A stretch of DNA of 63,135 nucleotides, filler included, from Platydemus manokwari (lineage: Eukaryota): the NCBI GenBank assembly GCA_037951405.1. It is 6 parts of 6 records of this genome, joined end to end, with 100 filler letters (N's around TTAATTAATTAA, not from the genome) between each part and the next. Parts side by side here need not be neighbours in the genome. Positions count along the whole stretch, not along the records: positions 41,982 to 54,264 come from JBBMOY010210005.1; positions 54,365 to 63,135 come from JBBMOY011352649.1; 4 more parts are not named here. One strand, written 5' to 3'. A program made the translations under genes and the position numbers. The notes under the pieces are model-generated. The model was not told the origin of the DNA, did no database searches, and worked only from the letters and a program-made list of their open reading frames with translations. This document shows, piece by piece, positions 41,882 to 56,013 of the stretch (position 1 is its first letter; every line of letters begins with the position of its first letter).

Positions 41882-44800
41882 NNNNNNNNNNNNNNNNNNN
41901 NNNNNNNNNNNNNNNNNNNNNNNNNTTAATTAATTAANNNNNNNNNNNNNNNNNNNNNNNNNNNNNNNNNNNNNNNNNNNNGATAATGTTGAGCTTATGT
42001 TACATCAAAACATGTTGTCATTTTAATATTTTAGTTTCGAAAAAAATCCTTAACCATCAACATTAATATATCTAACTAGATTTGAACATAAGGTTTTATT
42101 TGAAAAATATGAAGTTAAAATTTATTGATGAGTTCAACAAAGTCAACAACCAAGTAAAAATAATTCCATTGTGAATATTTCAATTCATAACTCGATACTA
42201 TTATAAACATTATCGAGCTTTGGTTACCCAAACAACAGTCATTAAGTTACTATGAGAAAAAGTCAGTCTCCTTGAATAGGAGGACCTCTTTTAGGAATTC
42301 AATCTCTTAAGTCAATATCAACTTCCTTTCTCCTAACCGGTATAAAATATTTTGTCTATAATATTATCTGTGCTACAAATTCTGAAAATAACAACATTAT
42401 ATGTGTGAGAATTAATTTAAATTAACTAATAATAAATTTAAATAATGGCTTTAATAAAATAATTTTAAATAAAAATTTCAATAAAATTTTTTTATTATAG
42501 TTTAAGATAATAAATTTTAAAAATAACAAATAATGTTTTAAAATTTATGGTTTAGAATAAAATAATTAGAAAATTATTTAAATATTTTTATCTATGCCTG
42601 ATTAAGATTGATAATGAAATCTCTCTAGTAAAGGAATTATAATTTGTTTAAAAAATTGTATTAAGTGTTGTAATTAAATAAATTCTAAGAAACATCAATA
42701 ACAAGTGAACTAGCCGCTACTGACAATATGAAAAAGGGATGATTTGGTGAAGATAATTCAAATATATTATAATTTGTTGCCTTTATCTTCTCTTCTTCAC
42801 TAATGCTATTATAATTAAAACAGCAGCATTTATTTTATCATTGAAATTATAAAATAAAGTTATTAATTCAAATTCTAGATTACATATACTGTTATCTGGG
42901 CCAATAAAAATATTGATGTTAAATGAAATTACTGCCAAATTAATTATTTAAAATTTATAAAAATTTATCTAAGATTAAATTTATAGTCAGGATAGTTTTT
43001 ATAGTTGTTTTTCAGCGGTAATGATTAGTCAAACTAGATCTGTCAATATTTATTTAAGTTTTTCTTGTAATTTACAATAAGATGTGTTAATTTTTTAACA
43101 TTTATTTTCTCCATCAATCCATCTATCTAAATTTAATCACCACTTGATTAAATGATATTGGAATTATATTAAACAACTTTTGATATTAATCGAGATAATA
43201 TAAAATGAAATAAAAAATAAAAGAGAGTACCCAATTGATATTCGAATAGGCTGATTTTAAAGGATTTCAAGTGTTCATTCGATTATTTTTAAATTTAATA
43301 AAAATTTATGAAATATTTCATAGATTAATGAAACTATAATATTTTCAACTCTAATTCTCTATGATTTTCTTTCTTCGTTTGTGTGAAATTTTATAATGAA
43401 TTTTAATTTGAAAAATGATAAAATTAGATTTTTATATAATATTAATTTGTTAGAATTATTGTAATTAAAATATAATTTGGTGTCGTAACTTTTCATTTCG
43501 TTTTCCATGTGTGATTTAAAAAAGTGAAACTACTTCCATGGGGACCACGTAATTGGGTCCGATTCTGAGAATGTGTATAGCATGGAAGTATAGAGTAGAA
43601 TGAGTAAAATATATAAAAGGTGTGAGGAACATATAGAGATGTTATAGAGAAAAGATAAATTGGAGAAGAAATAGAAATTTTTATAAAAATAAATATATAG
43701 AGAATTTTCAGGTATAATTAATAATTCAGAAAAAATTAAAGATTTTAATGAAACTGGGATGTGAGGGTTTTATAATAAATTGAATTTTGAAAATATTAAT
43801 TTGAATAATTGTAATTAAAATATATTCGGATGTCTTGATTTTTCACTTTATTTTCAATGCGTAATTTATTAAAGACTAGCTGATTACAATATGATAAAGG
43901 CTAAACATTGTATATATAAGAACACTATTGTTTTATATATTTCCATGTTTCTCTAAATGATAAAAAGAAAACTGATCGAAAACGTTACATTTGTTGGATA
44001 TTCTGATAAAACAATTGATGAAGGTTGAAAAATCTGTAATAAATAACAATTAATATGTTGGGTTGTGGTAGATGTTTATTTTTTATTTGCTGTTCAAAAC
44101 AACTCAACATCGTGAGTCCCTTGGTTATTTGTTTGATATATATTAACAATACACGAACAATATATCAAAAACTTTTATTTAAATAAAACAATCAAATACA
44201 ATGGTTTGACTCAATGTAGTTTAACTCACACAAGTTTAGGTGAAAACAAATTTAGTATGGTTATCTCACCGAGACCGTGAGAACCAGAAAAATTAACCTT
44301 AAAAATTTAGTATAGATTTTAATAAAGTTTTTTATGTTGCTCCAAAGGGAGAACCTTCAGAGAATAATCATAATTCGTTAAAAAACAAATTAATGCTAAA
44401 AATTATCGATTTTTTTTACTTAGATCTATTTCTCTCAACGTTTGATATTCGTCTGATCGTCGTATTGAAATTTTTATGAGTGAATTGTGATGGAAATCCG
44501 TCAGCTTATATAGATGCCGGGATTCAGTACTTTGCACCTAGGAATTTCCATCACTCTTAAAAATTTTAAACAATTTTTTCACGTTGGATCTTCAATGTTT
44601 ATAATTATAAAAGTTCTAAACCTTAAAAATTCTTAATAACTTAACTAACCTTATAAATTTTATTACTAAATTTTTGACATTAAAAATTAAATATCTTATT
44701 TCTTTTTCACTCTTTGTTATTTCTTTGATTTATAAATAATAATATATATAAATTTATATTTCGTTCCTCAAAAACAAATCATAATTCATAATCGAAATCC

Positions 44801-45139
44801 AGATAATTACAAAATATTCAATATCAATATTGGATCGAAAATGTTCACGATAAAAATAATAAATTACAAAATTTTCATTAATGTTAGATCAAATATTAAC
44901 AAAAATGTTCAAGATTAATATGTTCATCAATTATAAAATATCAGCTCAAAATTAGGATCACATCAAGTCAAAATATTGGATTGATTGGATTGATCACTGG
45001 GATTTGACTCCTTCAATTCGCATATGAGAATTTTTACTGACATCAAGCGTCTAGCTCCACGCTCCAGCTTTGGGTGGCCCATGTTTCCCATTTCGGGCCT
45101 GATTTTATGGGTTTAATTACTATTGTGTCGGGTTTTCAA

Positions 45140-45409
45140 CTATCGGTGCTCCGGGTCTTTTGGGTTTTTGTCTTGGGGGTGTTTTTGGTCTTTTAAACAC
45201 ATCGCGCTTGTTGATGGTTGTGAATTTTCTTGTGAGGGTTTGTGTGGCTTTTGGGATGGCTTGTTTGGCTGTTTTTGAGACTGTTGATTTTGGGACTGTT
45301 TTTTGGACAGCTGTTGTTGCTGTCTCCACTCACTGTATGTCTTAATAGTATATGGGATTTTTTTGTCCTCGTTCTCTTCACTATCTGAATAGAGCACAAG
45401 ACGTTCCAT
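45140..45409 (-). CDS. Small Q/K/P/S-rich ORF within an LTR-like insertion (possibly frameshifted remnant)
   Basis: ATG lies about 65-70 nt downstream of a CTATAAAAAG box. Acidic N-terminus MERLVLYSDSEENED. The region is more GC-rich than its flanks, but low complexity inflates ORF length. Confidence 0.3.
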   Translation of the reverse strand: MERLVLYSDSEENEDKKIPYTIKTYSEWRQQQQLSKKQSQNQQSQKQPNKPSQKPHKPSQENSQPSTSAMCLKDQKHPQDKNPKDPEHR

Positions 45410-45510
45410 GCTATCCCAACACTTACATTGTAGACTCTGATAGGAGGAGGTTGATTAATGGGGCGATTTCATCTTTTTATAGAGGAAAGATATAGAGGAT
45501 GAGTTCACTG

Positions 45511-45546
45511 AGCCAGTTGTTGATTGATAGCTAGTTGTTGATTGAT
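45511..45546. repeat. 18-bp tandem direct repeat (2 copies) upstream of a minus-strand TATA box
   Basis: AGCCAGTTGTTGATTGAT followed by AGCTAGTTGTTGATTGAT. Confidence 0.85.
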
Positions 45547-46750
45547 TTGATGGGTTGTTTGATCCCCATCCCATTCTGTAACAGTTAATAAATATTTATT
45601 TTATAAATATAGAAACAATTAACAATCAGAACAAGAGACAATTTTGAGTTTGGAGTTTACCATTCAAAATTGAATATTTTTGAACAATTCATTAGTATGT
45701 AGCACAATTTTAAATTTGGACAATTTGAAGTTTGAATAATGTGGAGTTTTGACCATTGGTAATTAATGGTGAACTTTGAAATTATTATACTGTTGTTACA
45801 ATAAAACTTCATCTACGAAATTACTGTTCAGGATTCTAATAATTCTAATTTTAAGACAAGCCCAATCTATAATGAAAAAGAATAGGTTTATAGATTAGCC
45901 ACACAATGATAGTCATATTGAAATAAATATCAGAAAATTTATTCAAAGTTAAATATTGAGTGACCCATGTTCTCTTTCAATCGAAGAAATAATGGTTCAT
46001 TTGTTTTCAAAGTCACGTACAGTTTGAGCTAACCTATGTGATTGAGTTTATATTAAGTGTGGTATTAAGTTAAATATTTTTAAAATCAATTGTGTTTAAA
46101 TTTTAGTTTATAACTTTTCTCAACAAATAAATAGTCCCGATTAAGATTAAAAATAAAGAGTAAACAATAAATGAATCTGAAAAATTATTGAAACGGAAAA
46201 AATATTTTTCTGAACCAAAAAGATAATCAGTATTCGAACTAACAAATACACTTTTAATAATATCTTGATTATATCACACTAACATTATATTTTTATATTG
46301 GTATTGAATAATCTAAATATGAATAGTTATTTGATTTAACGATTTCAAATGTAATAACAAAATGTAATAAAATTGAACAAAATAAATAACAAAAAATTTT
46401 GAAATTCATTTATTCGTTGGAAAGTGTGTCATAAAAAATTAAAAATTTTAGAAATTTACTAATTTTTATCATTTTGATTTCTGCTTAAAATCATTAAAAA
46501 ATATTCCTCACGTTCATTTGAAATTCTCGTTTGACATGCTAATTTAATACTTTGATTGAAATCATATATAAAAATATAGAATTTCAAAGATCTGACAATT
46601 AACTATTAAATTATGAAATTATCAAAAAGCATTTGTCTTGTTTAAAATATTATTAGTTTATTTCGGCCATGTTATAATAACTTAATTTTTGTCTTAGTTT
46701 AATGAGATGTTATATTTTCGGCAGGATTACTTTAAATGTTTATGTTTTAG

Positions 46751-47101
<351 letters not shown>

Positions 47102-49654
47102 TCAGTGGTAGTCCAATTTGATACTAGTTTTTAAAATATTAGAATCATATTTGTTGGATTTTGATAGCTCAAATACACAATGTAAAAGAGTTTTTGTTGA
47201 TGAATGATTAACTAAAAAATCAATTCACACTCATGATAAAATATATATTGTGTAAACTGTCTTGGAACAAAACTTTAGAAATTTAAAAATCGGATTATCT
47301 TTTCAAATAATTTGGTTATAAAATACGTACTTTCATTAATTTTATAACAAAAACTGAGGGGTAATAATTATGTGAAGTATAATAATAATTCATGCTGAGA
47401 TGATTTTTTATCATATTGAAATTATAAATATTTTATTAAAGATTTAATGAAATTGTCAACGAATATTGTTTCTATAATTTGTGTATGGTGAGTATGGAAA
47501 GTACAATATTTCAAATTAATATTTTTTATTTAGTAATTTGTATGTTACTTGTAGGATTATTAGCAGAGTTTTCTATAATTAACAATATTTCAGTCATTAG
47601 AGTGGCAATACTGTTATTATGTTGTATTTAAACACCTATGCCTATTGTGATTATAATTTGGTTCCTTGACAAAAAAAATTTTTGAAATCTGTTAGTCTTA
47701 ATTTGCGAGAACTTTTTCTTTCTATTTTTCTTGTAAATAAATACTAACAGTTATAACTATTATAAAGATTAATTTATTTTGATTAACTACTGTTGTTATG
47801 TGGTTTTTAATTATTTGTCATTCAATTTAATAATTTTCCTGTCGACGTCCACATTATTATTCAATTGTAAAGTAGGTCAACTGTTCATAACCCCAGCACA
47901 TGATTTATCTTTTTGATTACTGTGCTATAGGTCTATCATAGCAGACTGTAAAGAACAAAGTATGAGAAATAAATACTAAATCTGGTTACAATACTCGAAA
48001 TGCTTCATAATTGTTGAACTGTGATAATTTTGCAATCACAATCATAAATAATTAATTATAGATATAATTTTTATGTTAGAACTTTGGAAATATTTGTGTA
48101 ATGCAATTAAATGCACTATTTGATTTTTATTGAATGAAGTTCTTATTTCATCACCTGTAACTAATAAAATAATTTTTATCTTTAAAAATTCGTTTAGAAT
48201 CTCAATTAATATTTTTGAAATCCACATTCGGAATAACATCTCGTCTTAATAAACAGAAAATAATAATAGCAAACTGTATAAAACCATTACGAAACCTCCC
48301 GAGACTAAAAATAATTATGGAAAATAAATCGATTTATTGAAAAATTCGATGCGGACGAAGCATATGGCAATTATCAAAGAAGAATTAATTTCGACATTTA
48401 AATTTTAATATTACTTTAGTAATTATTAATGGAATGGCATTGTAAAATTAACTAAAAAAGTATCCTTAGTCGTCTCTGGTAAATAATCCTCAGTGATCAA
48501 AAAGCAATAATGGCTTCAAATTATCTTTTCGTCCAAACTGTGTTATTTAAGAATCGTCGTCTCCTAAAGTTTCGGTTTCCATTATATAGATTAAAACTTG
48601 TGCAGTGGTATCCAAATTGTGTATTTTACTATTTCTCATTTTAGGGCCTTATAACAATTTCATGTGTTTACTTGAATAATGGTATCTTTCATGTGCTTGT
48701 TCCTGTATTTTTAAAATATTTTTTTTATTTTACTCATGCATTTCTAAATATGTTTTATTTTCTGAATATGATTTATTTTCCTTACAATTTGTACTTTAAT
48801 TTCAATTAATTATTATGATTTTTGTCGAAAATAATTATTTTTTCCTTCTTTTACATAAAAATATAAAAAATAAAAAGACATTGATTATAATATTGTAATT
48901 CCATGTCATCAATTATTGACAAATACTTCATATTAAATCATATACAACAATATTCATAAAAATAACCCATAACATTTCAAATATTGTTTGTTAATCAAAA
49001 CATTAATTATTAATCAAAATATCAATTTTTGTTAATATTTGTACTCCACTGCTGCTTGTCATTCAGTTTCACGCTATCCATAGTCGAGAGTCATATTGTG
49101 TAGCTAGATGGTATTTTATATGTTCTGTACAGTTAAATTTCTGTTTAATTGTTTGGGTGCAAGGCTTAAATTTTTTTACATATTATGTGGCTAAAATTTT
49201 TACATATCATGTAGTTGTTGGGTGTGTGATTTCACCAGTTTCAATAACCTCAAGGTCACGAAAAATTCAGAGTTAAAAATTGTATTATAATTTTTTATTA
49301 CCGGAAGCTGTTCGATTATTTTCCAACTTTCAAATCCCATCACGAAAAGCAATCCAGTTCATTTTGTATCAGAACTGTCTAAGGAATTCATTTAATATTC
49401 GTTTTTATTATTCAGAAGATAATTTATGCGAATGAGTAAATTTTTTATTGTTAATTTAATTAATTACAGATTTTAATTCCATTCTAGAAGTAAGTAATCA
49501 TATTTCAATAATAAATTTGTATATTAAAAATTTTTTTTAATTAAATTAAATTTATAATTATTAAAACTATAATTTTCAAGTATTTCAAAATGTTTGTTTC
49601 AATAATATATGCACAAAATTTGAAATTATAAAAATTTAACATAATTAAGATTAA

Positions 49655-52053
49655 ATGTCGCTAAATAAGTATATGCACAAAAGGAATCCTTTTAGAAACA
49701 AGAAAATAGATTTTAAATTGTATTCTGAAAAGTATTCCTTTTTTAAAGATGTATTTAAAAACGTTGAAAATTTGGACCAAGTTACAATTGACTTCAAATC
49801 CCCATCACATATCGCTGCAATTAGCAAAGCGTTACTAATGGACACTTTAAATCTTGATGTTAATTTACCTTTGGATCGTCTCATTCCAACTATTCCTTTG
49901 CGGATGAATTACATTTTATGGATCGAAGACTTATTAGCAAGTAACCAGCCTTTCAAGTTTCATAATGAATTATTTTTCGATCATCCCTAGATGCTCCAAT
50001 CAATAAAGAAGGCCAAATAAATATTTTCGATATCGGTTGCGGAGCCTCTTGTATTTATCCTCTACTGGGAGCAACTAAAAACAAGTGGTTCTTTAAAGCT
50101 TCTGAAATCGATGAAGCAAATTTATCAGGGGCTATGGAAAACATTTCTAGAAATAATCTCATTGACAACATTGAAGGTAATAAATTATTCCGAAAATCAC
50201 AGACCAATAATTTTTTATTAACAATCAAGTGTTCAAAGTCTCCGAAAACGATCCAATAATTTTGGGACATGCTTTTAATAACGGAAGAAATCTCTCCTAT
50301 ATCCATTGTGTTATGTGCAATCCGCCATTTTTCGCCAATACTCTCGATAAAACTTCACTTTTGTCCACCAGAAATCCCGATGAACGAGATGCACCTAAAT
50401 CGATTAACACCGGCGTTAGAAATGAGAGCTTAACTGGTGGTGGCGAAATTAAATTTACAACGAAATTGATTGATGAAAGCTTTCAGTATCAGAATCAGAT
50501 CGGGTAAGCATTATAATGGTAATAAATAATATTGATTTCTATAATGTATTAATAATAATTTATATCTTGATAATATTTTAGATTTAATATTAAAGTGTTA
50601 ATTCACAAGATAGTTTCAAAATTGAATTGTAAAATCTGTTTATCGCAACGAGAATAAATTTTTCAATATTTATAAATTACTTACAATTTGTAAATAGCAA
50701 ATCAAAATAAAATTAATATTTTTTCATTAATTTTTCTCGATTTAATTATTCATCGATGATACTTTCGATTGATGAGAATTATATTTTTTCGGTATGTTTT
50801 ATTCATTTTTTATTCAACTTTCTTTCGATTATGCTCAAACAAATTGTTTAACATTTATAAATTACTTTCTACTTGTAAGTAAGAAATCAGAATTAATTTT
50901 TTCGAACTGATTTACATTAAATGAAATCAACTACAAATTATATTTTCTATTATTTTAGAAATTTTCTTATAATTTCGTTATATTAGCACTGTTAGAATAA
51001 GTAAAATTACTTTTTAAAAATATAAACTACTTACAATTTGTGAGTAACTAATTACAATTTATTTAATTTCTATTTTTCTGTTACTCACGTTACGATTCAC
51101 TGAAAGGTTTAGCGAATAAATTCAATAATTCACTCATCACGATCTCATTGGTTATTTGAAAAACAAAAATCAATACTTCTAAAGATTGTGCTTTCGATCA
51201 CTATTGATTTGTGATTCTGTTGATATTTCTTTTGATTTAGTATTTTCACAATTGTGCTCGGTAAAAAATCGAGTTGTGAAGCAATCAAAAAATATCTCAT
51301 CTCGAAATCCATTTCCAATTATTCAATATTTGAATTTTGTCAAGGTCGAGTGATGAGGTGGGGTGTTGCTTGGTCATTTGTGGCAAATTTTAAACACCCG
51401 GTAATTGTCGTTAGGAAAACTTTATGATTTAAATAATTCTGCCACAGAAATCCGAATTCCAAATGAGCAAAGAACACAATCGACCACCACTGTTGTGGAA
51501 TATTCCCGTTACCGTTAAAGGATTATCGGAATATTCCATTAACGGTGTATATGATGCATTGAAACTCATTTTCAACCAATTGGAAGTGAGATAATTTGAA
51601 TGAATGTGTTCGAGTTTCATGATGATGACGTCATAGATCGATTATTTAGAACAGAAGAATCGCCAATCACAAGGCGGTGGAATTCATTTATTGATCACAG
51701 CTAACAAGAACACTTGGTCCCACCAACGACGACGAAGACGAGAACTGCAGCGATTGGAACAAGCTAATGTCAGCAACACTGCTCACAGTGCCGATTCGGA
51801 ACCGGAAGCTAAACGTCGGAAAATCGATCAAATCTGTTCGGAAGCTGGTGCTCTCGATTGCAGTCAGAGTGAATCGCATTCATCGGATATGTCCGGTGAT
51901 GAATGTGTGCTCAAATGCACATTTAATGCTGTCGTGGTGATGGAGAACAATTTCCCGGCAGTACAATTGCAGGTGCGCTATTTGGACGGCCAGAAGGAAG
52001 CCATGAATCAAGTATTGACATACGTGAAGAATTTTTTACAGAAATCTAATTAA
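49655..52053 (+). CDS. METTL16: RNA N6-adenosine methyltransferase METTL16 (U6 snRNA m6A writer); exons 49655-49940, 49991-50176, 50230-50503, 51241-51400, 51448-51585, 51637-52053
   Basis: N-terminal 'MHKRNPF', 'LIPTIPLRMNYILWIEDLL', SAM-binding 'DIGCGASCIYPLLG', catalytic 'CNPPFF', 'GGEIKF', 'LGKKSS', 'QGRVMRWGVAWSF' and 'NTWSHQRRRRR'. The GT-AG introns keep the frame. Confidence 0.95.
50671..51050 (+). repeat. Three dispersed copies of a ~30-45 bp motif in METTL16 intron 3 (starting at 50671, 50856, 51021)
   Basis: TATAAATTACTTACAATTTGTAAATAG / TATAAATTACTTTCTACTTGTAAGTAA / TATAAACTACTTACAATTTGTGAGTAA. Confidence 0.75.
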
Positions 52054-55000
52054 AACACAATTTTTCGTTATTTTGGCAATGTTTTTTCGTCGTTTTTCAC
52101 TTCAGTAAATTCCATGGTAACCATTATCAACGGTTGTCATGGATTTTCATTGAGTGATGTAGAGGTTGTTTCTATTTTGAGTGTCTTTGGTTGGGGTTCT
52201 CCATCGCCAGTGTTGCTTAGTAATTCTCATTATTTAATCACAACTCGAAATATAAAACAGAACCGAACTGATGAGAGGATGAGATCACATAACAGTCCTT
52301 CACGGTTCAATGAATGTCATTCACCCTTCACTGCTCATTGATATTTGGCAAGACTTTATTTTTCCAATGTTGGAGGGGGTTTCGGGATTATATGACACTG
52401 GGTATCCAATAACAACGGTTGCCGTGTGTAGAAGTGATACTCGATAATTATAAATGACCTTGGGTTTGAAACCATTATCCTGAGATTTATTAACTAGTAA
52501 ACCAGAATATCAATCGACGAGATGTTTAGATTGTCGCATTGTGATTGGCTCAATCATCTAACCAATCATAACTCTTATAATTCAACATCAACTATTTGTT
52601 CATTTAAAATTCATGAAAATTTATTTATTGACAATCAATATATAGATACGACAGGTGAGATCGAAAGTTGATTACAGAAATCTTCATAGCATTAATAATA
52701 TTATCATTAGAAATCAATAAAACAAAAATTGTGAAATTTTTATAAGAAATATGTAGACATTTTGGTCTGTACATTGAGTTATTTTTTAAAAGTTAGTCTT
52801 CGACAAAATCTTAAAATGGAAACAAATAATTAAATTTATCTCGGATAAGAGATTTTTGGTTGATGGCCGATATAATTTATTACCATTCTATTGCGGCTAT
52901 TGATTGAATTTCACTGCAATTTGCCCGATTGTGTTGGTTGTGAGTGAGTAGAATTTGATGGCTGACTAGTTTTCTTGAACTTGTTCTTGAAGCTATATCT
53001 CATTTCCCACGAAATGTTTGGAGATTTCCGATCAATAATATGTTCACAGTGCTGCCAGTGCATCTGGGAAATTATCAAATGTTTGATGAATTTTTGTTGT
53101 GTATTTATACACAGTTTTCAGTGAATATTTAGATATTATTGGTTGCCTGGTGATGCCGTCTGTTCATTAAGTTGTTCTGGTTTCTGGGAACGTTGTTATG
53201 GCGATTCGTTGCATCACGGAGAACAGATCATTTGGATTTCTTATTTATATATACGATTTTATTTATTTGTAGTGATTAATAATGCCGTGTTGTGATTTAA
53301 TTAATTTCTTAAAGTAACTCAATCCTTATATCGGCTATCATTCTCAAATAGGTTGAATCTAATTCCGCCCATAATTTTTCCTCAGAATTTTTTTGAATTT
53401 ATGATTCTAGCGTACATGAAGCTATAATGCAATGACTTATTCTGAGCATCATGATTTGCGTCTAAATTGTTATTTCATCTGGATTATTGATGATTATCAG
53501 TATTTTGATTTGAACTCAGATAGATAATCTGGTTTGGAATTCTCCATACTTGAAATTTAGTGATTTTGTAAGAGAAAAACGAACGACTCAATCGATCTAT
53601 TTATATGTATGGAGCAATACAATCAATCTGATATTCAGTTAATCCTATTCAGATATTCTCGAAATTCATTTTTTGGATTATATTTTCTAAAAAATATTCT
53701 TAAGGATTTGGATTATATTTTATTTTTGTAGAATTTAACAACAACAATTCTCGAAACATTTGAAAAATTCTAATTTGCTTAACTAAATTGAAATTTCAAT
53801 GACAAGATTGGCGTGCTGGAACTGCCTCGTATTTAGCAATAATGATCTGACCCAATAGGTTAACTACTGCTAAATTTTTGAGCGTTTTAGTGGTCTTGCT
53901 AATCTCGAAATGGATTTTTCAATATCATCCCATTCCCTGTATTTCTCCTGTACAAAAGAACTAGTTATGTTTATTGCTAATGGTTGACTTAAGAATTAAG
54001 GGAATCAAACCAATTGAATTTGTCAAATCAATTTTATTCCAGACAAAATGCACGATCATTCGAATTTTTATAAACGAATTTTCTCGTCTAGAGATCAGTC
54101 AATTCCGTGCCTAGAAAATTTTGTTTTATTGTTAATAATAACCTGTAGAATATCTTAACATTGTAATTGTGTTAGGATCCGAATCCACCACAATGAGTCA
54201 TATAAGCACATATCACGCCCACAAATATAATAATATAATTAAATTCCAAAAATAAATCAAATCCNNNNNNNNNNNNNNNNNNNNNNNNNNNNNNNNNNNN
54301 NNNNNNNNTTAATTAATTAANNNNNNNNNNNNNNNNNNNNNNNNNNNNNNNNNNNNNNNNNNNNGTAGCCAAGATTAGAAATTGACTGAATTTTTAACCA
54401 TTTTGATTAGATCAAAATTATATAGATATTTTACTATTAAATATAATATAATTTTCAAATTTCCAAATCTGAATTTTCAATTTACCTTTAAAACAATTCA
54501 GATTGCCTCATATAAACACCAGTCATTTCAAAAAATACACAATTTGAAAATATTTTGAAAATATAAATCCCGATAGAGTTAAATGAAAACTGTATTACAA
54601 TGGGGTTCATGTTAAATAATTTAAACAAAAATTTCTAATACACCTTTTATTCATATCTCTCAACTCATTTTGCATAGATATTATTGAATGTAGGTAAGGT
54701 GGTTGTAAAGATTTTCTGATCGTATCACTGATAATTTTGACAGATAAACAAGTTTCATAATTTCTTCTAATCATGACTTCAAATCAAATGGCTTCATTCA
54801 TTGAACCATGGGAACCAACACTGTATATTCACCTATAATTTAATTTTATGTATCACAACATTTCATTCGATAAGTTATAATTGAAAGTAGTTTTTCCAAC
54901 TTGTCCGATAATTAGAAAACCCAAAACTTAATATTCAATCTAATTTAATAATAAAACCAATTTCAAAAAATCATTAAATTTAATTTGTTTAATAGTCTTC

Positions 55001-56013
55001 CTGCGAAATATAGATTCTTTCAATTTCATAATAATGATTTATTAATTTCGACACCATTCGATATTTTTATTGCCATACGGAAAGATGCAGTATTTGACAA
55101 AAATATAAAATCGTTATTTTCTCCCTGCATCTGTAAATATCATCTGGCATCTATATGTAAATACCACCACCAATATGGATTCATTAAATCTCCAATAAAA
55201 AATTTTTCCTTTCACCCAATATCAATTATATTCGATAGTAAATTATACGATTCTTTAAATTATCTTGGTATAATTATATAATTCGAAAAAAATAAATATT
55301 TATAAATTCTTAATAAAAATATTGAAACAATAACCAGACAGTTATGTAAAAGAATGTTTCAATTCAGTTAGGATTACTAATTGATGGGCTGTACAACAAA
55401 TTAGGAAAAATTGTAACGTTTATCACAATTTTCATTTTTTCAAAAATAAAATTAATCTGATTATAATCAATTATATATATAAATTCAATAAGAAAACAAG
55501 TCAACTAAATTTATTTCTAATACCATATATAAATTATTATTGTTCTACCAAAATAAAATACATTTGTCATAATCATGATAATTGCAAATCAAAATTATAG
55601 TAGTATATAAATATATAACTACTATTTTCAAATTATTTCACCTTTCTTTTTCATTTAACATAAGGAAGGTTGGGGTTACGCGTCAATTGACAAGAAAGAA
55701 GTCTTTAAAGGCAAATTAAGATTTGAAGTTCAATGTTTTTTTTTACTTAAGAAATAATAAATTGTTTATATTTTTTGTTTGTGTATTAAAATTATAAATA
55801 AAATACTGTTCAAAGATCTAGTGAAACACACATTTCAAAGTATCCTAACATTACGTTAAACATTCAGCGTTCTAAGGCAATATCAATTAAATATAACTAA
55901 ATAGATCTTCAAACTGGCATAACTTGGTGGAAATAAAAGAATGTCTGCATCGATTGACATTTAATAGATCTCTCTTTATGTAAATATATATTTCTAATCC
56001 ATTGATATCTGAA

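Noticed and set aside
49328-49343. TTTCAAATCCCATCAC upstream of METTL16 resembling coding sequence at about 49793
   Set aside because: A single short match with an indel; plausibly chance.
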